64,000 nucleotides of DNA from an uncultured Anaerolineales bacterium (GCA_964549495.1 CAZJWJ010000005.1:2071-66070); one strand, 5' to 3'; positions 12,445 to 22,593 are shown, numbered from the stretch's first letter. Notes: generated by a model not told the origin, from the sequence alone. Made by a program: numbers and translations.

Positions 12445-13506
12445 GTGCCATCGAGCGAGGGCGGCAGCGCGGTCGATCACCCCGGCCTTCTCGACGCCGC
12501 CGCGACGGCACTCCGCGACGCCGATCGCGTGTGGATCGGCACCCATCTCGATCCGGACGGCGACGCCATCGGCTCGCTGCTCGGCCTGGGACTCGTCCTG
12601 GAGACGATGGGCAAACAGGTGCGATTGTGCTGCCAGGACGCGCCACCGCGAGAAGCGGGCTGGTTGCCAGCTGCCGATCGTATCGAGGCCGCCAGTCCGG
12701 GTGGCGAGGATCTGCTCGTGGCCTTGGACGCGGCCGATCCGGGCCGCCTGGGACGCATCGCCAGCGCCGAGGACTTCGCCACGCGACCCAGCCTGGTCAT
12801 CGACCATCATCGCTCCAATCCGGGCTTCGGCCACATCGACCTGATCGATCCCGGCGCCGCGTCGACGGCCGAGATCTTGGTCGAGCTACTGGATCGGATG
12901 GATATCGCTCCGAGCCCCGACGCGGCGACCTGCTTGCTCACCGGACTGATCACCGACACGATCGGCTTTCGCACGTCGAACACCAGTGCCAGCAGCCTGC
13001 GACGCGCCGGCCGCTTGGTCGAAGCCGGCGCCGAATTGGACCGGGTGAACCAGATGGTCTTCTATCGCCAGCCGATCGGTGCCCTGGGGCTCATCGGCCA
13101 GGCCTTGGATCGCTTGGAGATGCGCGGTGCTTTCGCCTGGACCTGGATCGCTCGCAAGGATCTGGCCCGCCACGGCTGCGAGCCGGGGGATACGCGCGAG
13201 CTGACCCGCCTGGTCGCCAGTGCGGCGGAACCGGCGGCGGTGGCCATCCTCCGCGAGCGGGAGGACGGCCGTTGGGATCTCTCGCTGCGCAGCAAGCCGG
13301 ATGTCGACCTGATCCCGCTGGCGCGCGCCCTCGGCGGCGGCGGCCATCCCCAGGCCGCGGGCGCCCGCCTGGACGGACCGCTGGAGCGGGCTCGCGACCA
13401 TCTCTTGTCCGTCCTGCCCGAGGGCCTCTTGGACGACCCGCGGTCGGGATCGACCTCGTGGTCGACCGCGCATGCTAGCCCGGATGGATCGGAGGGCTCG
13501 AGTTGA
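12445..13506 (+). CDS. nrnA: bifunctional oligoribonuclease / pAp phosphatase NrnA (DHH-DHHA1)
   Basis: DHH motifs (THLDPDGDAIGS, DHHRSNPGFG) and DHHA1 GGGGHPQAAGA. Conserved position between rbfA and truB. Confidence 0.85.
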   Translation: MPSSEGGSAVDHPGLLDAAATALRDADRVWIGTHLDPDGDAIGSLLGLGLVLETMGKQVRLCCQDAPPREAGWLPAADRIEAASPGGEDLLVALDAADPGRLGRIASAEDFATRPSLVIDHHRSNPGFGHIDLIDPGAASTAEILVELLDRMDIAPSPDAATCLLTGLITDTIGFRTSNTSASSLRRAGRLVEAGAELDRVNQMVFYRQPIGALGLIGQALDRLEMRGAFAWTWIARKDLARHGCEPGDTRELTRLVASAAEPAAVAILREREDGRWDLSLRSKPDVDLIPLARALGGGGHPQAAGARLDGPLERARDHLLSVLPEGLLDDPRSGSTSWSTAHASPDGSEGSS

Positions 13507-14561
13507 TGACCGAGGACGCGCGAGGGCCGGAGCCGGGGCAGTCTGGTGCGGACCCGGCCGAAGTGCCCGAGTGGATGCAGCGCTTGAACGAAGATCGCGA
13601 CGCCGTCATCCCGCTGATGCCGGCCGGCCGGCGCCCCAGTCCGCCCCCGCGCGACGAGCCGGTCAAGAGCGGAATCCTGGTCATCGACAAGCCGGCGGGC
13701 CAGACCAGCCACGACGTGGTCCAGGCCGTTCGGCGCGCGGCCGAACTCCGGCGCATCGGGCATGCCGGAACGCTCGACCCGATGGCCACGGGCGTCCTGG
13801 TGCTGGCCCTGGGTTCGGCCACGCGCGTGATCGACGAGGTCCAGGCCATGCCCAAGGTCTACCGTGCGCGACTGCGCCTGGGCGAGACCACCGATACCTA
13901 TGATCGCGAAGGTGAAATCGTCGAGCGCCGGGACAGTTCGGGAATCCAACGCCAGGACGTCGAAGCCGCGCTGGAGTCCTATCGCGGCGAGATCGAGCAG
14001 GTTCCGCCGATGTACTCGGCCTTGCGTCACGAGGGCCGGCGCTTGTACGAGCTGGCTCGAGAAGGCAAGGAAATCGAGCGCGAGCCGCGGCGGGTGCGTG
14101 TCGATCGCTTGGAGATCACCGCCTGGGAGGCTCCGGAGCTAGCCCTGGAGATGCAGGTATCCAAGGGCACCTACGTTCGCTCCATCGCCCACGATCTGGG
14201 TCAGGACCTGGGCGTTGGCGCGCACTTGACGTCCTTGGAGCGCAGTGCGGTCGGCCATTTTCGGGTCGAGGAGTCAGAGCCCTTGACCCGGGTCGTGGAG
14301 GCCTTCCTGGAGGGCTGGTGGCCGGCCTTGATCCATCCTCTCGACGCGGCCTTGCTGCACCATTCGGCCATGCTGGTCGACGACGACCAGGAGGCCGCCT
14401 TGCGCATGGGACAGCAGATCGAGGCCGCCCATCCGGACTCGAACACGACCGATCTGGTTCGGGTCTACGATCGGGATGGCCGTTTCGTAGCCCTGGTGCG
14501 CTGGGACGATCTTCACCAGCGCTGGCAGCCCGACAAGGTGTTTCCGAGGCCGGGCGGGTGA
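13506..14561 (+). CDS. truB: tRNA pseudouridine(55) synthase TruB (possible N-terminal extension)
   Basis: ILVIDKPAGQTSHDVV … GHAGTLDPMATGVLV catalytic-Asp motif; C-terminal PUA-like region. ATG at 13506 overlaps the nrnA stop (TGATG). About 55 aa precede the conserved core, so the true start may be an internal Met (13575 or 13617). Confidence 0.85.
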   Translation: MTEDARGPEPGQSGADPAEVPEWMQRLNEDRDAVIPLMPAGRRPSPPPRDEPVKSGILVIDKPAGQTSHDVVQAVRRAAELRRIGHAGTLDPMATGVLVLALGSATRVIDEVQAMPKVYRARLRLGETTDTYDREGEIVERRDSSGIQRQDVEAALESYRGEIEQVPPMYSALRHEGRRLYELAREGKEIEREPRRVRVDRLEITAWEAPELALEMQVSKGTYVRSIAHDLGQDLGVGAHLTSLERSAVGHFRVEESEPLTRVVEAFLEGWWPALIHPLDAALLHHSAMLVDDDQEAALRMGQQIEAAHPDSNTTDLVRVYDRDGRFVALVRWDDLHQRWQPDKVFPRPGG

Positions 14562-15934
14562 GCGCTCCCGCATCGGCTGGCCTCCGCCCCCGCGTAGCCT
14601 TGACCATCGGCAAGTTCGACGGTGTCCACGCCGGCCACCGGCTCCTGGCCGCCGGCGTTCTCCAAGCCGCCTCCGAGCTCCAGGCCGCTGCGGCCGCCCT
14701 GATCCTGCATCCCCATCCGGCCAGTGTGCTGGCCGGGCTCAGAATCCCGCGGCTCTCCACGGTGCGTCAACGTTGCCGGCGCCTGCTCGCGCTGGGCCTG
14801 GACTTCGCGGAGCCCTTGCAGTTCACCGAAGAGGTGGCGGCCCTCGGCCCGGAAGCCTTCCTCGACCGATTGGAGCAGCGCTTCGAACTGGCGGCCATCG
14901 CGGTCGGGCCCGACTTCGCCTTCGGTCGGGAGCGGGCGGCCGATGTCACCGCGTTGGCCCATCTGGCCGATCGAAGGGGCTTCGTCCTGCGGGTGATCGA
15001 GCCGCTGGACGTCGAGGGCACTCGGGTTTCCAGCCACGGCATCCGAACGGCCATCGAGGCCGGACGCGTGCGGACCGCCCGAAGTCTCCTGCGCGAGCCG
15101 CCCCGCCTGGGCGGCACGGTGGTCCACGGCGCGGCCCGCGGCCGCGAGCTGGGCTTTCCCACCGCCAACCTCGACCTGCGCCAGGATGTCGTGGTGCCAG
15201 GCAACGGGATCTATGCCGTCCGTGCTCGATGGGAGGGATCGGGAGCGGGGCCGCGGGACGAGTGGATGGACGGCGTGGCATCGATCGGCGTCCGGCCCAC
15301 CTTCGACGACGGGCCCCGGTCGGTCGAGGTCTTCCTGATCGACTTCGACGGCGACCTGTACGGCCGGCATCTCGATGTGGCCTTCATCGAGCGACAACGC
15401 GGCGAGGAGCGCTTCGAGCGCATCGAGAACCTGATCGAGCAGATGCACCTCGATGTCCAGATCTCGCGGCGGATCCTGGCAGCCGAGCAAGCACCCTCTT
15501 GGCAGGTCGTCGAGCATCCGCGGGGCCCGCGCGCGCACCTCCGCGGCTTCGACATGGCCGATCTATGCCAGGCCGCGGCCGGCAGCCTCGAGGCGCTGTT
15601 GGCCGGCCAAGTGGCCGCTGCCGATGGCCGATCCTGGCCGGCGGCCGGCGGCCGGCTACCGCGAAGGCCGGACGCCAGGCCCCAGCTCTTGAGCCTCGAC
15701 GGCCCGAAGGAGGCCGGCGACGAGGCCGCGATCCTGGCCGATTGGCTCTCGGCACTAGGATCTTCGCGATCGGCCAGCGTCTTCGCCGCCGGCGCCGGCG
15801 GCACGCGGGGTCTGGTCTGGCGTGACGGCGATGCGGGACCGGAGCCTGCCCCGGCCGAACTCGTCGACGGTCCTCGTCGAGGACAGGATGGCTGGCTGCA
15901 CGCCAGCATCATGCGGAGGGCGAGCACGGCTTGA
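14558..15934 (+). CDS. ribF: bifunctional riboflavin kinase / FMN adenylyltransferase RibF with ~150-aa low-complexity C-terminal extension
   Basis: GTG 14558 overlaps the truB stop (GTGA). FAD-synthetase motifs LTIGKFDGVHAGHRLL and riboflavin-kinase GFPTANL … IYAV … GDLYG. The canonical RibF ends near residue ~305, but the frame stays open for another ~150 Ala/Gly/Arg-rich residues. Confidence 0.8.
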   Translation: MSAPASAGLRPRVALTIGKFDGVHAGHRLLAAGVLQAASELQAAAAALILHPHPASVLAGLRIPRLSTVRQRCRRLLALGLDFAEPLQFTEEVAALGPEAFLDRLEQRFELAAIAVGPDFAFGRERAADVTALAHLADRRGFVLRVIEPLDVEGTRVSSHGIRTAIEAGRVRTARSLLREPPRLGGTVVHGAARGRELGFPTANLDLRQDVVVPGNGIYAVRARWEGSGAGPRDEWMDGVASIGVRPTFDDGPRSVEVFLIDFDGDLYGRHLDVAFIERQRGEERFERIENLIEQMHLDVQISRRILAAEQAPSWQVVEHPRGPRAHLRGFDMADLCQAAAGSLEALLAGQVAAADGRSWPAAGGRLPRRPDARPQLLSLDGPKEAGDEAAILADWLSALGSSRSASVFAAGAGGTRGLVWRDGDAGPEPAPAELVDGPRRGQDGWLHASIMRRASTA

Positions 15935-16010
15935 GCCCGTGCCGGCCCGAACCGGACCGAGCATGCGCGCCGGAGGGGCCATTCATCTCCCGGCTCCAGA
16001 AGGCGCTCGC

Positions 16011-17021
16011 CTACTCGTAGCCCAGGCGCCGCAGTTCCGCCGGATCGCTGCGCCAGCCCGGCTTGACGGTGACGAAGAGCTCGAGGAAGACCCTGGCGTC
16101 GATGGCCCGCTCCAATTCGCGCCGCGCGGCGCTGCCGATGCGCCGGATCATGGTGCCGCCACGGCCGATGACGATGGCCTTGTGCGCGGTGCGCTCGACG
16201 AAGATCTTGGCCGCGACTTCGACCAGGCCATCCTCGCGGGTCTTCCAGGACTCGATGACGACCTCCAGGCCATGTGGGACCTCTTGCTGGAGGTAGCGCA
16301 GCGCGGCTTCTCGCACCAGCTCGGCCGCCAACATCCGATCGCTCTGGTCGCTGACCTGATCGACGGGATAGAGCGGCGGACCTTGCGGCGCGCGCGCCAG
16401 CATCTCCAACCAGAGCCGGTCCAGATTGTGCCCTTCGGTGGCGATGGTCATCAGCCAGGCCTCTGGCTCGGCCAGCTCGATCCACGCCCGACTGTGAGCT
16501 TCGATGTCCCGAGGCCGCAGCTGATCCACCTTGTTCATGGCCAGGATCAAGGGACGCTCGGCACGGGACAGCAGGCGGGCGATGCGCCGGTCTTCCGCAT
16601 CCGGCAGACGCGAGGCATCGACGACCCAGACCACGACATCGGCGGCGGGAAGCGCGGCGGTGGCGGCACGGACCATGCTGCGGCCCAGGCCGGGCGCGGG
16701 ATCGTGGAGACCGGGGGTGTCCAGGAAGACCAGCTGGCTACCGCCTTCGCTCCGGATGCCCAGGATCCGGCGACGCGTGGTCTGCGGCTTGGGCGAGACG
16801 ATGGCCACCTTCTCTCCGACCAAGGCGTTGAGGAGGGTGCTCTTGCCGACGTTGGGTCGCCCGACCAAGGCCACGAAGCCGCTCCGACCACCCTCCGGCA
16901 CATCACTCGGCCCGAAGATCCGATCCTCGATCGACGGACCGTCTTGGCCCGAGTTAGCGATATCCGGCACGGAGGCAACCGGATCTTCGTCGCCGGGAAG
17001 ATCGGTGGGCTTCGAAGGCAT
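16011..17021 (-). CDS. era: GTPase Era
   Basis: G1 VALVGRPNVGKSTLLNAL, G3 DTPG, G4 NKVD, C-terminal KH domain. About 45-aa N-terminal extension, so the start is uncertain. Longer overlapping ORF 16547..17413 in another frame is rejected. Confidence 0.9.
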   Translation of the reverse strand: MPSKPTDLPGDEDPVASVPDIANSGQDGPSIEDRIFGPSDVPEGGRSGFVALVGRPNVGKSTLLNALVGEKVAIVSPKPQTTRRRILGIRSEGGSQLVFLDTPGLHDPAPGLGRSMVRAATAALPAADVVVWVVDASRLPDAEDRRIARLLSRAERPLILAMNKVDQLRPRDIEAHSRAWIELAEPEAWLMTIATEGHNLDRLWLEMLARAPQGPPLYPVDQVSDQSDRMLAAELVREAALRYLQQEVPHGLEVVIESWKTREDGLVEVAAKIFVERTAHKAIVIGRGGTMIRRIGSAARRELERAIDARVFLELFVTVKPGWRSDPAELRRLGYE

Positions 17022-17215
17022 GAATTCCTATCCTGTCCAGATCCTGCGAGTTCGAGGTGATGGAATCGGGCGCGGCCTCGCCCGCGCTTCGGGTCGAGAC
17101 GGTCGGCGCATAACGCAGGCCCTGCCCTTCCGTTTTGGCAAGCATAGGATTCGGGCATCCGGCGGTCAATGCCCCGTCCCCTTCGCGTTCCGCGCCATCG
17201 CCAGATCCGAGGCCC

Positions 17216-18412
17216 ATGCATTCCCACCGGCAGCACGGCATCTTCCTCTTGATCCTCGTCCTCTCGCTGGCCGGCTCGAGCCCTGGCTTGCGCGCCGAGG
17301 CGCCGAACTGGCTGGCCGGCGACCTGCCGGACTACGCCCCATCGGGCATGCCCGACTTCTCGCAATGCCGCGGCGAGTGGAGCCTGCCGGGTAGCCCGCC
17401 CCAGTGGACCCATGCCGCACCGGTCGCCTTGGCCGACCTCCTATGGTGGCTGGACTCGGCGGCCGAGCGCGATCCGCTGCCGCCGCCAGGGGTTCGGGAC
17501 ACGCATCCCCTGGTCAGCGCCTATCCCGTGTTCGGGCCGGCCCGCGACGACCACGAGGTCGCCAACCTCTATCCCCTGGTGCTCGATCTTGCCGGCCGGC
17601 TGGGCACCAACGATGGCGCGCTCCGGGGCACGCGCTGGAGCGAGGTCATCCCGGCGATTCAGTCTTATGTCGAGTCCCGCGGGATCGCCGGGCTGTATTC
17701 GCTCGAGCAGCAAGATGCGCCCGATGGTCACTGGCTGAACCAGCAGGTCGCTCGTTCGGCCGGGATCCTGCTCCTCTTGGGTCTGTGGGAGATGCAGGAC
17801 GAAGAGTGGCTGCGCGTCGGCGGCCATTACGCCAGCCTGGCCGGCAGCACCTCGGAGGCGGTCTATCTGGCCGATCCCTTGGCCGATGAGGCCGGCCGCA
17901 CCGGACGGGGTCGCGCGCGGCCGGAGGACCCCGCCCTGCACAGCTGCCGCGAGGCACCGTCGGCCCACGACGATGCGGCGCGGGTCTCGCATGATCGCTA
18001 CCGGCTATCCCCGGAACCGGTCCTGCCCGGCGGCCGGCTGGTGCTCGAGGACTACTTCGCCGCCGATCGGCTCGGCGAAGCGGCCGCCTTCAGCGGCCAG
18101 AATCCGGCCGGCCCGGCACCGGATGCCGCATGGCTTGGCGGTCCGGTGGTGATGGCAGTCGATGCCGCCGCCGCATTGCTGCCGGACCCGATCTTGCTTC
18201 CCCGGTCGAGCCCGAGCCCGGAACCGAGTCCGCCGGCCTCGCCGACGCCAAGCCCGGAGCCGAGCCGCCCGGCCACCTCCAGCCCGACACCCACTCCGAC
18301 CGGAACGGCCGGGTCGACGAGCCCGACCCCCGGGCCGGAACCCACGGCCAGCCCGACGACTTGGCCGACCGATGTCGCGAGCCGATGCTGGTTGCCGAGC
18401 CTGCGGCGCTAG
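17216..18412 (+). CDS. secreted hypothetical protein with C-terminal Pro/Ser/Thr-rich linker
   Basis: Start placed at MHSHRQHGIFLLILVLSLAGSSPGLRA (signal peptide). C-terminal SPSPEPSPPASPTPSPEPS…TPTPTGT linker. No recognisable catalytic motif. Confidence 0.45.
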   Translation: MHSHRQHGIFLLILVLSLAGSSPGLRAEAPNWLAGDLPDYAPSGMPDFSQCRGEWSLPGSPPQWTHAAPVALADLLWWLDSAAERDPLPPPGVRDTHPLVSAYPVFGPARDDHEVANLYPLVLDLAGRLGTNDGALRGTRWSEVIPAIQSYVESRGIAGLYSLEQQDAPDGHWLNQQVARSAGILLLLGLWEMQDEEWLRVGGHYASLAGSTSEAVYLADPLADEAGRTGRGRARPEDPALHSCREAPSAHDDAARVSHDRYRLSPEPVLPGGRLVLEDYFAADRLGEAAAFSGQNPAGPAPDAAWLGGPVVMAVDAAAALLPDPILLPRSSPSPEPSPPASPTPSPEPSRPATSSPTPTPTGTAGSTSPTPGPEPTASPTTWPTDVASRCWLPSLRR

Positions 18413-18506
18413 CCTCCCGGGAAGCAGCCGATGCGCTGGCGGGCCCCGGGGCCCCGGCGGCTTGCGAGACTGCGATATCGGCCGCGGGCTGTGATAGAAT
18501 CGGCCC

Positions 18507-19781
18507 ATGCACGACTCCATGACCCGGCGTTTCATCGCCGCGACCGCGATCGGCCTGCTGCTGTCCCTGCCGGGCGGTGAGCGGGTCTTGGCGCAGGAGA
18601 CGGCCGGCAGCTTGGCGGTCGAGGACAACCGGTTGGACTCGGTCTTTGCCGAGCGATTGGATTTCGAGGCCTTGATCCGACAAGACCCTGGGGCCAGCCA
18701 GCTGGTCCTGCGATTCCAGGTCGGCAGCGAAGGTCCCATCAATCGGCGCATACCCGAGGTCGAGGCTGCCGAAGGTGGCTGGCGCGCCAGCCACAGCGAG
18801 GGCCTGGTCCGAGGACAGATCCCGCCGGCCTCCCGCATTCGTTGGTGGTGGAGCCTCGAAGGCCGGCAAGCCGCTGAATTGCAGGGACCCGTCGAGGAAC
18901 GGACCTACCTCGACGAGCGATTCGACTGGCAGTCGATGGAGTCCGAGGACTTGCGCATCTGGTGGTACGACCAGCCGCCCGAGTTCGCGGCCTCCGTGCG
19001 CGACTCCGCCCGGCGGTCCTTGGACGCGCTGGAGGCGCTCTTCGGCGGCGGCTTCGACCGCCGCGTCGAGATCGTCTGCTACCGATCCCAAGCCGACCTG
19101 AGGCCGGCATTGGTCGATCGCGGCGAAACCTACGAGGCGCGGCTGGCCACGCTCGGCGCCCGGGTGGCGGATGACATCCTGATCTTGGACGCCGGCACCC
19201 GCAGCCAGGAGTTCGAAGAGGTCCTGGCCCACGAGCTCAGCCACATCGCGCTCAACCTATACCTGGAGGAATCCTATATCGACGCGCCGCTCTGGCTGGA
19301 CGAGGGCTTGGCCATGTACATCGAGGGCCCCTTGGACGCCGAGGAACGCGAGGTGCTCGATCGGGCTATCGTCACCGACGAGCTGATGAGCGTGCGCTCG
19401 ATGAGCTCCTTTCCGGGCGATGCCTCCCTGGTCGTCCTGGCCTACGCCCAGAGCCAAGACCTGGTGTCCTTCATGATCCAGTCGCGCGGGCTGGTGCCGA
19501 TGCGCGAGCTCTTGACCCGAATCGGCTCGGGAGAGGCCAGCGTCGACGAGGCCCTCGAGTCCATCTACGGCTACGATCAGCTGGGGCTCTACCAGGCCTA
19601 TCGGGAAAGCCATTCGCTCGACCCGGCCCAGCCGGTGGAAGGGGCCACGATTGAAGACCGGGAGCGCCGGCCGGTCTCGGAGCGCGATCGGAACCTACCT
19701 GCGCTTCCGCCCTGCAGCGCAAGCATCCTCATCCTCCTCGCCGGCCTGACTCTGCAGCGTCGCTTCTCCGGGGCGCCCTGA
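18507..19781 (+). CDS. secreted zinc metallopeptidase-like protein (peptidase MA-like, HExxH)
   Basis: Signal peptide (FIAATAIGLLLSLPGG). HELSHIALNLY … LWLDEGLAMYIEG gives HExxH plus a downstream Glu as in the MA clan. C-terminal hydrophobic anchor. Confidence 0.5.
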   Translation: MHDSMTRRFIAATAIGLLLSLPGGERVLAQETAGSLAVEDNRLDSVFAERLDFEALIRQDPGASQLVLRFQVGSEGPINRRIPEVEAAEGGWRASHSEGLVRGQIPPASRIRWWWSLEGRQAAELQGPVEERTYLDERFDWQSMESEDLRIWWYDQPPEFAASVRDSARRSLDALEALFGGGFDRRVEIVCYRSQADLRPALVDRGETYEARLATLGARVADDILILDAGTRSQEFEEVLAHELSHIALNLYLEESYIDAPLWLDEGLAMYIEGPLDAEEREVLDRAIVTDELMSVRSMSSFPGDASLVVLAYAQSQDLVSFMIQSRGLVPMRELLTRIGSGEASVDEALESIYGYDQLGLYQAYRESHSLDPAQPVEGATIEDRERRPVSERDRNLPALPPCSASILILLAGLTLQRRFSGAP

Positions 19782-19821
19782 TCGATCGCGCCCTCCATCT
19801 GCGTCGCGTGGTCGGCCCCAC

Positions 19822-19850
19822 GGGAGCAGGCCTTGGAATGGCCCTGCTCC
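19822..19850 (+). terminator. GC-rich hairpin downstream of the metallopeptidase gene
   Basis: GGAGCAGGCCttggaatGGCCCTGCTCC: 10-bp stem with one bulged C, no U-tract. Confidence 0.3.
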
Positions 19851-19873
19851 TGCCCCCACCGCGGCGGTGGTTA

Positions 19874-19902
19874 TTGATTTATTAGGACCGAGGCGCTAGA
19901 AT
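19874..19902 (+). promoter_or_regulatory. sigma70-like promoter in an AT-rich island (-35 TTGATT, 17-nt spacer, -10 TAGAAT)
   Basis: ttattgatttattaggaccgaggcgctagaat is a conspicuously AT-rich patch in 70% GC DNA, ~30 nt upstream of ORF 19930. Confidence 0.45.
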
Positions 19903-19929
19903 CCTCACCACGGTCCACCCGTAGCTCCC

Positions 19930-21297
19930 GTGCGAGAAGGCCACCGGCATCCGTGGGAGCGCTGCTACTGGGAGTTCAACGTGTTCCCTCATCCCCGCTC
20001 TCGGGCGTCTCGGCCAAGCCGCGTCCGTCTGGCCGTCATCGTGTGCCTCTCGATGGCCGGCCTGATGTTGGGCTGGGCGACCACCGAACCGGCCGCCACC
20101 TCGGGGATCCAGTCGATGCAGCCCCGGGACCTGCGAGCCGCTTTGGACAGCGCCCCGCCGCCGATCGAGGGGGAGCGGATCCAAGCGCTGCTGCAGCCCG
20201 AGTCGGGCATCGGGGAGGGATCGCAGGGGCTCCTGCAGAACCCCACCCGCTTGGCCTTGGAGGATTTCGAAGACGGCTCCTGGCCGGCGGGGACGAGCCT
20301 CCACCCGGCCGCCAGCTGGTTGGTCGAGAGCCTGACCGATTTGCGCGGCGGCAGCTTCGGCTATCACTGGGCCGGCAGCGATTGTCGAGCCGCGGGCGGC
20401 CTGCGATCGCTCTGCGCGATCTGCGGTGGCACCGGCGGCCAACAGCTCGGCTGCGATGACCCCTACCCCGATGGGGTCGCCAGTTCGGTGATCCTGCGCT
20501 TGGATCTGGCGCCCTGGCGCGAGATGGATCGCCTCGACTTGGTCATGGACATCTGGACCGAGGCGGAGCCGCATGAGGGGCTCATCGTCAACTACCTGGA
20601 CTACGCGAGGGACGGCAGCCTGCGCGGCCGGCACGCCATCCGCTCCTTTACCGGCCAGTTGATGGACTGGGCGCGCGATCAGCGAATCGACCTCTTGCGC
20701 GCGGTGGACGAAGAGGACCCGTCCTGGACGCGCAACTTCGCCGGACAGATCATCTTGCTCGAGCTGCTCTTCGTCAGCAGCGAGGACGCCGGCAACGGCC
20801 GGGGCATCTACATCGACGACATGGCGCTGGAGTTCGAGTCCAGCACCGTCGTGGTCACGGCCGAGGCCAGCCCCACGGCCACCGCCAGCGCCACCCCACG
20901 CTCCACGCCCACGCCAAGCGTGGGGCCGTCCCCCTCGGCCACGCCCGGTGATCGGACGGTCTATTGCCCGAGCGGCCAAGACTGCAGTCGCCTGCGGGTC
21001 GAGGCCTTCATCGACCTCCGCTGTGACGGGCGCTACAACGCGGGCGTCGACAGCTGGGTCACGGGCCGGCGGATCGATCTGGTCACCGGCGGTGGCGTAG
21101 CCCTCGGCGGTCCGCTGAGCCGCAGGGGCAGCATTTACTTCCTACTGCCCAGCCGGGACGGGGCCGAAGTCCGCTTCGATGTACCGAGCGGCTACGAGAT
21201 GTGCGCCAACTCCCCCAATCCGCGCGAGGTCAGCGCCGGGGACTTCGGCCGCTTCGGCAACGAGCAGATCGACTTTCGGATCCGACGCCAGCGCTGA
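19930..21297 (+). CDS. secreted hypothetical protein with PT linker; start codon uncertain
   Basis: Hydrophobic signal-like segment (RLAVIVCLSMAGLMLGWATT). SPTATASATPRSTPTPSVGPSPSATPG linker followed by a Cys-containing C-terminal domain. No motif recognised. Confidence 0.4.
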   Translation: MREGHRHPWERCYWEFNVFPHPRSRASRPSRVRLAVIVCLSMAGLMLGWATTEPAATSGIQSMQPRDLRAALDSAPPPIEGERIQALLQPESGIGEGSQGLLQNPTRLALEDFEDGSWPAGTSLHPAASWLVESLTDLRGGSFGYHWAGSDCRAAGGLRSLCAICGGTGGQQLGCDDPYPDGVASSVILRLDLAPWREMDRLDLVMDIWTEAEPHEGLIVNYLDYARDGSLRGRHAIRSFTGQLMDWARDQRIDLLRAVDEEDPSWTRNFAGQIILLELLFVSSEDAGNGRGIYIDDMALEFESSTVVVTAEASPTATASATPRSTPTPSVGPSPSATPGDRTVYCPSGQDCSRLRVEAFIDLRCDGRYNAGVDSWVTGRRIDLVTGGGVALGGPLSRRGSIYFLLPSRDGAEVRFDVPSGYEMCANSPNPREVSAGDFGRFGNEQIDFRIRRQR

Positions 21298-21393
21298 GCG
21301 CGATGCTCGGACACGCGACCGAAGCGCGCGAGGCCTCGCATTCGGAATCGGTGCATTCGGGCTCGACGCATCCGATGTCGATCGGCGCGCATC

Positions 21394-22338
21394 TCAGCGC
21401 TCCTCGCCCTCGAGCATGCGTCGGTAGCTCTCGTAGCGACGCTTCGACACATCCCCGGCCTGGACCGCCTCGCGCACCGCGCAGCCCGGCTCGTGCATGT
21501 GACTGCAGTCGTAGAAGCGACAGGCGTTCAGATAGGGCTCGAACTCGACGAAGGCCCATTCCAGCTCACCTGGATCGACCGACCACAGTCCCAGCTCGCG
21601 CAGCCCGGGCGTGTCGGCCACCCAGCCGCCTCCGGCTAGCGGGAGCAGCTGCCCGACCCGGGTCGTGTGGCGCCCCTTCTGCAGGGCATCGCTCACCTCG
21701 CCGACGCGCAGGCCGAGGCCGGGTTCGGCCGCGTTGAGCAAGCTCGACTTGCCCACGCCGCTCGGCCCGACGACCGCGCTGATCTTGCCGCTGAGCGCCG
21801 AGCGCAGCCGGTCGATGCCCCGACCGTCTACGACCGAACATCGGATCACCGGGTATCCGATGGCCTCGTAGGTCTCGATCTCCCGCTCCAAGGCGGGCGG
21901 GATGCCCAGATCGATCTTGTTGAAGACGATCTGGCTCGGGATGTCATCGATCTCGGCCAGCGCCAGGAAGCGGTCCAGCATCGCCAGTCGCGGATCCGGC
22001 AGGCGGACGGAGAAGACGGGCAGCAGCTGCTCCACGTTGGCCACCACCACGTCCTGGGCCCAGACGCCCTTGGGTCCGGGAGCACGCCGGGCCAGCACGG
22101 ATCGCCGCGGCAAGACTTCGACCAACACGGCATCGACCTTGCCGCTCTCGCCTTCCGGGAGCTCCAGTGCCTCGATGCGCACGCGATCGCCCAATGCGGC
22201 CAGCCCTTCGCTGCGGCGCTCCTTCTTCTGCCGGCCTCGCAGCACGGCCGTATACTGCTCACCCGCGTCGGTGCGCACGGAGTAGAAGCCGCTCTGCGCG
22301 CGCATCACGCGCCCTTCGATCAGTGCTTGCGCTGCCAA
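21394..22338 (-). CDS. rsgA: ribosome small-subunit-dependent GTPase A
   Basis: Circularly permuted GTPase (NKIDL … VGPSGVGKSSLLNA). C-terminal zinc-finger CRFYDCSHMHEPGCAV. N-terminal OB fold. Confidence 0.9.
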   Translation of the reverse strand: MAAQALIEGRVMRAQSGFYSVRTDAGEQYTAVLRGRQKKERRSEGLAALGDRVRIEALELPEGESGKVDAVLVEVLPRRSVLARRAPGPKGVWAQDVVVANVEQLLPVFSVRLPDPRLAMLDRFLALAEIDDIPSQIVFNKIDLGIPPALEREIETYEAIGYPVIRCSVVDGRGIDRLRSALSGKISAVVGPSGVGKSSLLNAAEPGLGLRVGEVSDALQKGRHTTRVGQLLPLAGGGWVADTPGLRELGLWSVDPGELEWAFVEFEPYLNACRFYDCSHMHEPGCAVREAVQAGDVSKRRYESYRRMLEGEER

Positions 22339-22593
22339 GCGCGCTCCTATCGCTCAGGCAAGGGGAATCGCGAATCGCCCCCAAACCGCCTCACCGTCCG
22401 GTCCAGACAACCCGGACCGCGTGGCAACGCCGAACCGAACCGGTGGCGGCGCTGCTCCTCGCCCAACGATAGCATGGCGACGCGGCGATCAGCATGTCGA
22501 GAGGGCGACGGCGGATGGTCGCAGCCGAGGCCGGCCGCGGCCGATCCCAGAAGGGGCTGGGGCCAAGGCGCCCTGCATGCTATCCTCCGCCCC

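Noticed and set aside
17021-17216. tRNA-like GAGTTCGAGG sequence upstream of era
   Set aside because: A T-loop-like hexamer occurs, but no acceptor or anticodon stems can be paired around it.
16547-17413. 288-aa minus-strand ORF overlapping era in a different frame
   Set aside because: Era motifs (G1-G4, KH) are in the 16011..17021 frame. This alternative frame is RG-rich.
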